In this document: one piece after another, positions 6,382-12,277 of the stretch | Layout of the letters: every line of letters begins with the position of its first letter | How positions within the stretch are numbered: position 1 is the stretch's first letter | Origin: Candidatus Hadarchaeales archaeon | GTDB lineage: Archaea; Hadarchaeota; Hadarchaeia; Hadarchaeales; Hadarchaeaceae | Direction of reading: 5' to 3' | DNA: 13,906 nucleotides | NCBI GenBank assembly: GCA_038872135.1 | Contig: JAVZGN010000023.1 | Location: forward strand, 1-13,906 | Program-made: the position numbers and the translations under genes | Notes under the pieces: generated by a model | The model's database searches: none | What the model was told of the DNA's origin: nothing | The model's input: only the letters and a program-made list of their open reading frames with translations

Positions 6382-7058
6382 GTGGACACGTGTCTACCCA
6401 AGCCGACCGAACTTCAGTTATGGAAGTGGACACGTGTCTACGCCAGCGATGAATCAATTCATGCTGGTGAAATTCGCGGTCTTGGGATGAGAAATTTCTT
6501 CTTTAAAAAGAGGGTCCACACAAAGATATGGCGGGAAAGTGGAGAAAAAGGCATCGGGGGAGAAATGGCTGCTGCTGACGTGGGATTTCAAGAGAAAAGC
6601 CTATGGGAGGAGCTCATTCTACAAGAGGCTCACCGAAATTTTTTCCCAGTTGCCTTCCGGAAGCTGGCGGAGGGTTGGCGGATCGGTCTACCTTTTGAAA
6701 GGGAGGCATGCCGCAGAGGTTAAAGGACTGCTAACACAGGCAGAAAATTCTGGGTTGAAATGGCGTGAATTTCGTGTGGTCGATTAGTGGACACGTGTCT
6801 ACTCAGGTTCGACAAAATTTTCCAGTCGAGGAAGAGCTGTGGACACGTGTCTATATTTCATCCCACACTCTCAACTCCACATATATCAAAATTTTCGACT
6901 CACGCAGACGGAGAAGTGGACACGTGTCTACTTGAGTTTGATCAAGTTTTCCATATGGGGAGGAGCCGTGGACACGTGTCTACCTGGGCAGAGCCAAGTT
7001 GAACAGGAAGTGGACACGTGTCTACTGAGTTTTTGAGCGACGATAGACACGTGTCTAC
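6382..7058. repeat. Cluster of eight 16-bp near-palindromic repeats, consensus GTGGACACGTGTCTAC
   Basis: Copies at 6382, 6426, 6787, 6839 (last base T), 6916, 6968, 7010 and 7043 (ATAGACACGTGTCTAC). The core GACACGTGTC is a perfect palindrome in all eight. Confidence 0.97.
6539..6787 (+). CDS. 82-aa protein with a Cas2/VapD/PaaX-middle-domain-like (ferredoxin fold) pattern
   Basis: WLLLTWDF (beta1 ending in an acidic residue), RSSFYKRL helix and RRVGGSVYLL (compare Cas2 RVQxSVFE). TTTAAAAA TATA at ~6502 and a purine-rich RBS precede the GTG. Confidence 0.6.
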   Translation: MEKKASGEKWLLLTWDFKRKAYGRSSFYKRLTEIFSQLPSGSWRRVGGSVYLLKGRHAAEVKGLLTQAENSGLKWREFRVVD

Positions 7059-7123
7059 ACTGCGGACTCGATTTGCGAATGATACGACGATTTTAAAATG
7101 AATCACTAAGATGATTTGAGCGA

Positions 7124-7798
7124 ATGGTGAAAAAAATCCGGGAAGAAAGCAGGGTGATAAAACTCGAGACTGTCGGCTACGACTCAAATGTCTATTTGCT
7201 TTTGGGAAATCCCGTAGCGATGATCGACGCTGGGACGGGAAACTACATCGAGCTGATGCTAGCCGAGATGAGGAAACTTGGGCTGGAACCTGAGGACATC
7301 TCTCTCGTCGTCAACACCCACTGCCACTTTGACCACGCTGGAGGAGACCACTTCTTTTTCTCCGCTGGAGCTACAATCGCCATTCACGAAAGTGAATCAC
7401 CTGCTCTGGAAACAGGCGATGAAGCAATAACCTGCTCTGCCATGTTTGGAGAGAAAATGCCCCCTGTAAAAGTTGGGATAAAATTGAGGGAGGGAGATGT
7501 TGTGGAGGCCGGGGATTTTAAATTGAAAGTCCTCCACACTCCCGGCCACACAGTCGGAAGCATCTGCCTCTATGACGCTGAGAAGAAACTGCTTTTCTCC
7601 GGCGACACCGTCTTCTGCGGTGGCGTCGGGAGAACCGACCTCCCAACCGGGAACGAAGATGAACTCCTCAAAAGCCTCAAAAAGCTTGAAAAGCTTGAGG
7701 TAGAAGCCCTCTACCCAGGGCATGGACCATTTGCAGAGAAGGAAGGAAAAAAGCATGTTGAAGAAGCATTGAAAATCCTGGAGGGCGGGTTCTTCTGA
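7124..7798 (+). CDS. MBL-fold metallo-hydrolase (glyoxalase II-like)
   Basis: SNVYL, IDAG, THCHFDHAGG (HxHxDH), HTPGHT.GS, FSGDTVF and YPGHG. Confidence 0.93.
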   Translation: MVKKIREESRVIKLETVGYDSNVYLLLGNPVAMIDAGTGNYIELMLAEMRKLGLEPEDISLVVNTHCHFDHAGGDHFFFSAGATIAIHESESPALETGDEAITCSAMFGEKMPPVKVGIKLREGDVVEAGDFKLKVLHTPGHTVGSICLYDAEKKLLFSGDTVFCGGVGRTDLPTGNEDELLKSLKKLEKLEVEALYPGHGPFAEKEGKKHVEEALKILEGGFF

Positions 7799-8049
7799 AA
7801 CCGAGAGATGTTTTAAACAAGCTGAAATGGGGTGGCAAAAATCTGAGCTCCATCAGGGTCACCATTATCCACAGAGGTGCGGAAGGAAATTTGATGGAGA
7901 TAAAGGGCGAAAACATCGCTGAATTGGGGCGAGGGTTCATGAGGGTTAAATCATCTGGAGGAGATGTGGAAATCCCATACCACAGAATAGTGAAAATCCA
8001 GAGCGGTGAAAAGTTGATTTGGGTGAGAAAGAGATGGAGTTCATCCTAG
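7795..8049 (+). CDS. DUF504/UPF0248 family protein (84 aa; not in the ORF track; apparent CTG start)
   Basis: (M)KPRDVLNKLKWGGKNLSSIRVTIIHRGAEGNLMEIKGENIAELGRGFMRVKSSGGDVEIPYHRIVKIQSGEKLIWVRKRWSSS*. The RDVLNKLKW, HRGA and IPYHRI motifs are the family hallmarks. Confidence 0.85.
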   Translation: MKPRDVLNKLKWGGKNLSSIRVTIIHRGAEGNLMEIKGENIAELGRGFMRVKSSGGDVEIPYHRIVKIQSGEKLIWVRKRWSSS

Positions 8050-9215
8050 CTCTGCTGGTTTTGCTCCTCTATGCAAAGGTTCTCGGTGAGCTCTTCCACC
8101 ACTACGGGTTCTCCTCTCTCATAGGAGAGGTGATAACGGGGATTATCCTAGGCCCGGCGGTGCTTGGGTGGATAGTTCTCTCCCCAAATGATGCGACCAG
8201 CAGTGCAATCGAAGGGGTTGCCCTCCTCGGCCTCCTCGTGATGATGCTTGTGTCCGGCATGAACTCTCGCTTCGACCTGATGGGAAAAATAAAGTGGAAA
8301 GCACTAGCCATCGCTGTCCCGGCCGCCATCCTCGCCTTCCTCCTTTCATTCCTTGCATCCATCGGCGCGGGAATCTCCCTGGAAACATCGCTTTTCATCG
8401 CCATCGTTCTCTCAAACACTTCCATTGAAAGCGTGGCAAGAATTACCAGGGGCCATCATCTGGAACAAATTCTCATCAGCTCAGCCCTGATCGACGACAT
8501 CCTGGCCATCTATGTGATCGGTGTTGTCTCCACCATCGGCCTAGGAAAACCATTTGAGCCTTCAACTTTTCTCATCACCACAATTGAAATCATTGCATTC
8601 TTCTTGGTGGTAACTTGGGTTTCCAGAGAGCTTGTTATCAAGAGAAATCTCATGAAATTTGTGTGGATGAAGGAGGAGCGGGGGGTCCCGGTGGCTTTTG
8701 CCATCTGCCTCGCGCTGGGCCTCGCAGTCATCGCCCATAAAATAGGGCTGCACATGATCATTGGAGCATACATGGCCGGCCTCTTCATAAGCAGGCTGAG
8801 GGAGCGGCCGATGATAACCCTTCAGAGCAGGGTCAGGCTCAACAAAATTCTCGAGGACGTGGGGCTTTCTCTGGAGTCTGTGCTCACCCCTGTCTTCTTT
8901 GCCTACGTTGGACTCCAGCTTGCGCCAGACTGGGGAAAAATAAATTTCGTCCTCTTCGGTGGTGTCCTCCTCGCAGCGCTCGCCGGTAAGTATCTTGGTG
9001 GGAGCCTCGGTGCCGGCCTTGCTGGCCTGAGGGAGGATAGAAGTAAAATTGGAATCGCCATGTGCTCTAGGGGGGCGCTTGAGCTGGCTCTCATCCACTT
9101 TGGGCTGCAGGCGGGACTGATCTCCCAAGAAATCTTTTCAACTTTGGTGTTCACAGTCATAATCACGGCAATTTTGACCCCAGTTCTCTTTGGGCTGATG
9201 AAAAGGGAGAAATAG
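8034..9215 (+). CDS. Cation:proton antiporter, CPA2 family (NapA/KefB-like)
   Basis: About 12 hydrophobic segments with GEVITGIILGP, SALIDDI, IIGAYMAG, PVFFAYVG, GKYLGG and SRGALEL. ATG 8034 is preceded by GGTGA. Confidence 0.92.
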   Translation: MEFILALLVLLLYAKVLGELFHHYGFSSLIGEVITGIILGPAVLGWIVLSPNDATSSAIEGVALLGLLVMMLVSGMNSRFDLMGKIKWKALAIAVPAAILAFLLSFLASIGAGISLETSLFIAIVLSNTSIESVARITRGHHLEQILISSALIDDILAIYVIGVVSTIGLGKPFEPSTFLITTIEIIAFFLVVTWVSRELVIKRNLMKFVWMKEERGVPVAFAICLALGLAVIAHKIGLHMIIGAYMAGLFISRLRERPMITLQSRVRLNKILEDVGLSLESVLTPVFFAYVGLQLAPDWGKINFVLFGGVLLAALAGKYLGGSLGAGLAGLREDRSKIGIAMCSRGALELALIHFGLQAGLISQEIFSTLVFTVIITAILTPVLFGLMKREK

Positions 9216-9393
9216 CACATGTTCTGATGAGTTTAATTCATGACCGCTCCTTAGAGAGTCATCGTGAATGCTTTGGTGGAGTTCTAATTTCGCCCAGTGA
9301 ACACCCTTTATTCTAAAAACAGCTCCTCCGGCATCTTCTGCTCATCTCCAAAGAGATTAATCCCAGAAAAAACTATTTTTTGGAGGTGAGAAG

Positions 9394-9738
9394 GTGAAAA
9401 TCCCCTTGAAAATGATAGTCTGGGATTTCATCCTTGGAGGTGCACTGGTGGCGGCTGCATTGCTCCTAGCAACCCTCTTCAACCCAACTGTTGGCGGGAT
9501 CTTCGCGGGGGCACCCATAAGAGCCAGCGCAGTTCTTTTGCTCAACTATCTACACACCGGAAATCTTGGAGCAACCACAGAGATGGCAAGAGGAGTGATG
9601 GTTGCAATGATCGCCAATGTTTTCTTTGCAGCGGCCCTCTACCTTTCTCTGCCTCGGTTGGGAATAGTCTGGGGCTTTCTTGCAGCCACGGCGGTGTTCT
9701 TCATCGCTATGCTCGCAGTTCAGCAGGTTGCAGGTTAA
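9394..9738 (+). CDS. Small four-TM membrane protein (DUF3147/GlpM-like)
   Basis: Strong GGAGGTGA RBS before the GTG; FILGGALV...GGIFAGAP pattern; four hydrophobic helices. Confidence 0.6.
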   Translation: MKIPLKMIVWDFILGGALVAAALLLATLFNPTVGGIFAGAPIRASAVLLLNYLHTGNLGATTEMARGVMVAMIANVFFAAALYLSLPRLGIVWGFLAATAVFFIAMLAVQQVAG

Positions 9739-9783
9739 GCCGATGCGGTCAGAAGCGCGGCAACGATTTCACGCAGGACAGCA

Positions 9784-10605
9784 TCATTCACTTGTGCCGG
9801 TGAGGGCCCTGACCAGCCGACGGGTCACCTCTGAGAGTGTGGCTTTCCCAGAAATTGCCGGCAGATCCTTTTCGCCGACCAAAACTTTCGCCAGCTCATG
9901 AATCGCCACAGAAGCTGAGCATTCAGGATCATAAACCACAAGAGGGATTCCAGCATTCTCAGCCTCCTGGACTTTTGAATCTTCAGGAATTTCCGCCAGG
10001 ACAGGAATTGGGCCGAGGGCTCTGCTCATGAACTGCTCTACCTCCTTTCCCGTGAGCTCGGACCTCTTTCCCACCCTGTTTAACACTATCCCCCGCGTCC
10101 AAGCCCCGAGAAGATTTGCAAATCTCACCATCTTATAACCGTCAACTATGCTGGGGTGAGTGGGGTTGCAGACTAGGAGCATCTCGCTGGCGGCCGCAAT
10201 TGAAACTATTGTTGCATCCTGGACGCCGGCGGCAGCATCTATCAGGAGAAAATCTGTGTCCTTCAGGAGTTCACGAACAACCTCTTTCACCCTCTCCCTA
10301 TCTATTCCAGAAATGGCCTCTTGAGCATCCTCAAACCTGAAACCTGTCGGGATGACCCTCACCCCTCTACTCTCATAAACTGCATAGTCGAGATCTGCCT
10401 TCCCCTTCAGAACATCTAGAAAACTTGTTTTCACCTGGTGGATGCCCAGGATTATCGCAAGATTGGCCATTGCCAGATCCCCATCGATTATTGTGACCCT
10501 CTTCCCGAGAGTTGAAAGAGAAATTCCCAAGTTTGCCGTGAGGGTTGTTTTGCCTGTTCCACCCTTCCCCGATGTTATCGAGATTGATCTCGCTCTTATC
10601 CTCAT
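9784..10605 (-). CDS. minD: MinD/ParA-family ATPase (archaeal MinD-like)
   Basis: Deviant Walker A SGKGGTGKTT, IDGDLAMANL, LLIDAAAG, GIVLNRV and EIPED..V. Confidence 0.85.
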   Translation of the reverse strand: MRIRARSISITSGKGGTGKTTLTANLGISLSTLGKRVTIIDGDLAMANLAIILGIHQVKTSFLDVLKGKADLDYAVYESRGVRVIPTGFRFEDAQEAISGIDRERVKEVVRELLKDTDFLLIDAAAGVQDATIVSIAAASEMLLVCNPTHPSIVDGYKMVRFANLLGAWTRGIVLNRVGKRSELTGKEVEQFMSRALGPIPVLAEIPEDSKVQEAENAGIPLVVYDPECSASVAIHELAKVLVGEKDLPAISGKATLSEVTRRLVRALTGTSE

Positions 10606-10673
10606 GATTGTCAGAATTATTCTAATTTCGGCTTAAAATAGGTGCTTGGTGGGATTCCATTAAGCGACAGCAG

Positions 10674-11189
10674 TCACTGTTTGAAGTAGCAAATTTTCAG
10701 CTCCTCATCGTAAACTTTTGGCTCTGGTAGCTTTCTCGCCTCCTCAGGGGTCAATCCATCTATTCTCCTCCACCCGTGCATGACGGCATTTGCCCTGAGG
10801 CCCAAGTCAACTTTCCTGAGCAGGCAGGTGGTATTCTCCTGGATTCTCCTGACCTTTTTGAGGGTGCATGAAATATCCTCTTGGACCTTCTGCATCTTTC
10901 TGAGCATGCAAGTGGTGTCCTCTTGGACCTTGTGCATCTTTCTGAGCATGCAAGTGGTGTCCTCTTGAACTCTCCTTATGTCCTCCTGAACCTTTTTCAC
11001 CTCGCCGAGGACCGATTCGATCCTAGAGAGTATCTGATGGGTCTGAGCGGTAGTTGTTTCGATTATCTTTTGTGTCTGGCGGTTGCTTGATTCGATTATC
11101 TTCTGAGTCTGCCGGTTGCTCAAAATAACTGTGACGATTATCGGAAGGGTGATCGCCCCGAAGGCCTGAAGGATATCCATCAATATCAT
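10674..11189 (-). CDS. Membrane-anchored coiled-coil protein with internal tandem repeats, function unknown
   Basis: AGGAGGTGA RBS before ATG 11189. N-terminal hydrophobic helix, then SNRQTQKIIE x2 and QEDTTCMLRKMxKV-type 14-aa repeats. Confidence 0.75.
   Translation of the reverse strand: MILMDILQAFGAITLPIIVTVILSNRQTQKIIESSNRQTQKIIETTTAQTHQILSRIESVLGEVKKVQEDIRRVQEDTTCMLRKMHKVQEDTTCMLRKMQKVQEDISCTLKKVRRIQENTTCLLRKVDLGLRANAVMHGWRRIDGLTPEEARKLPEPKVYDEELKICYFKQ
10876..10967. repeat. 42-bp tandem repeat, two near-identical copies plus a partial one, within a CDS
   Basis: TCCTCTTGGACCTT(C/G)TGCATCTTTCTGAGCATGCAAGTGGTG at 10876 and 10918 (41/42 identical). A partial copy starts at 10960 and degenerate copies flank the pair. 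Confidence 0.9.
11058..11120. repeat. 33-bp tandem duplication within a CDS (SNRQTQKIIE x2)
   Basis: TTCGATTATCTTTTGTGTCTGGCGGTTGCT at 11058 and TTCGATTATCTTCTGAGTCTGCCGGTTGCT at 11091; the differences are synonymous. Confidence 0.85.
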
Positions 11190-11305
11190 CTTTCTTTCAC
11201 CTCCTATTTCTCCTTTTCCCGCCAAAGTTTTGCGAGGAGGTCATTTATAAAGGAGGAAAACCGTGGCTCGAAAACCAACTTGATAAATAAAGGAATGGAA
11301 GGAAA

Positions 11306-11830
11306 TTGGAGAGGATGAACGAAAAGCATCTGCTTGAGCTGCCAGAAGATCTCAGGCCCCTTCTCAAGCGTCCGCTCGGGCGACTTGTGAGAAATCCTCA
11401 GGATGCCGCAAAAGCTCTCAGAAAGCGGAAGGTGGTGGCTATAGGTGATGTCACTGGTGCGACACTTCTGAAGGATGGGGTGCGACCGGCCATTTTGGTT
11501 GTAGACATGAAAACCCTGCGAGGACCTGTTTCCAGAGAGGAGTCAAAAGTCCTAGAGAGTTTCAGGGGGGAAGAAATAAAAGTTGAAAATCCCGCGGGAA
11601 CCATAACCCCCTCCGCCTGGGAAGCCTTCAGGAAGGCCGAGAGATCAACCAAGATTCTAGTTGATGGTGAGGAGGATCTTTTGACAATCCCAGCGATTCT
11701 TCTTTCCCCCATCGGCACAGTTGTTGTTTATGGCCAGCCGGGCGAAGGAATGGTGCTGGTTGAGGTAACGGAAGAAAAAAAGAAGGAGGTCACGGAGATA
11801 CTGAAGAAGTTCAGGAGGAAAGAGAAATGA
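11306..11830 (+). CDS. GTP-dependent dephospho-CoA kinase (DUF359/UPF0218)
   Basis: LPEDLRPLLKRPLG, IGDVT, VDMKTLR, VENPAGTIT, VDGEEDLLTIP and VVYGQPGEGMVLV. The start may be ATG 11315. Confidence 0.92.
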   Translation: MERMNEKHLLELPEDLRPLLKRPLGRLVRNPQDAAKALRKRKVVAIGDVTGATLLKDGVRPAILVVDMKTLRGPVSREESKVLESFRGEEIKVENPAGTITPSAWEAFRKAERSTKILVDGEEDLLTIPAILLSPIGTVVVYGQPGEGMVLVEVTEEKKKEVTEILKKFRRKEK

Positions 11831-12174
11831 AGGCCCGCGCCATCCTCGTGATTTTCCTAATCTTCTGGTCACTTCCAGCGGTGGCCGCCCAAGAGACGAT
11901 GAGTGAAAGGCCCTGGGCTGTGGCCCTCTCCCTCGTGGCATCCTTCATGGCTGTGGCCTGCTCAGCGGCCGCCGTTCTCGTGATGGGGGTCTACCCGAAG
12001 AGCTTCTGGATGCTCCACGGGCTCTCAGCAGTTCTCTTCCTCATAGCTTTTTCCCTCTCGGATACCGGCAGCATTCCATTCATCGTTGCGACCTTTTGCC
12101 TTACGGCAGTGATCCTCGTCCTGATAGCCGTTTGGCTTTCCAAGAGGGCCGTTGCAGCTTTAATCAAAAAGTGA
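11827..12174 (+). CDS. Hypothetical membrane protein (signal peptide-like N-terminus + ~3 TM)
   Basis: ATGA overlap with the upstream stop; very hydrophobic; AVAA|QE resembles a cleavage site. Confidence 0.6.
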   Translation: MKARAILVIFLIFWSLPAVAAQETMSERPWAVALSLVASFMAVACSAAAVLVMGVYPKSFWMLHGLSAVLFLIAFSLSDTGSIPFIVATFCLTAVILVLIAVWLSKRAVAALIKK

Positions 12175-12211
12175 AAAATTTGGAGGGCCTCATCAACATT
12201 TCAAAATTTTT

Positions 12212-12226
12212 CGAAACATTTAAAAA
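12212..12226 (+). promoter_or_regulatory. BRE/TATA promoter for the downstream surface-protein gene
   Basis: CGAAACA-TTTAAAAA about 55 nt upstream of ATG 12278; GGGGGA RBS immediately before the ATG. Confidence 0.45.
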
Positions 12227-12277
12227 TAATAAATGGGGCTTTTGAGCTCAACAAGGCATAGGGTCAATTGGGGGGAT

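Noticed and set aside
6382-7058. Canonical CRISPR array
   Set aside because: The repeat is only 16 bp, spacers are irregular (17-61 bp, plus one holding a gene), some spacers are homologous to each other, and no cas1 or effector genes are nearby.
6229-7187. ORFs 6229-6723, 6787-7002, 6839-7036 and 6942-7187 as real genes
   Set aside because: Their VDTCL/WTRVY/GHVS motifs are simply the stop-free DNA palindrome read in different frames, and none resembles a known family. 6787-7002 cannot be fully excluded.
9216-9393. Possible C/D-box sRNA (TGATGA near 9225) in the intergenic gap
   Set aside because: No suitably placed CTGA D box or terminal stem was found.
9784-10605. MinD/ParA ATPase as the partition ATPase for the palindrome array
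   Set aside because: It is ~2.7 kb away behind unrelated genes, looks like archaeal MinD rather than Soj/ParA, and has no adjacent ParB-like gene. The link is unsupported.
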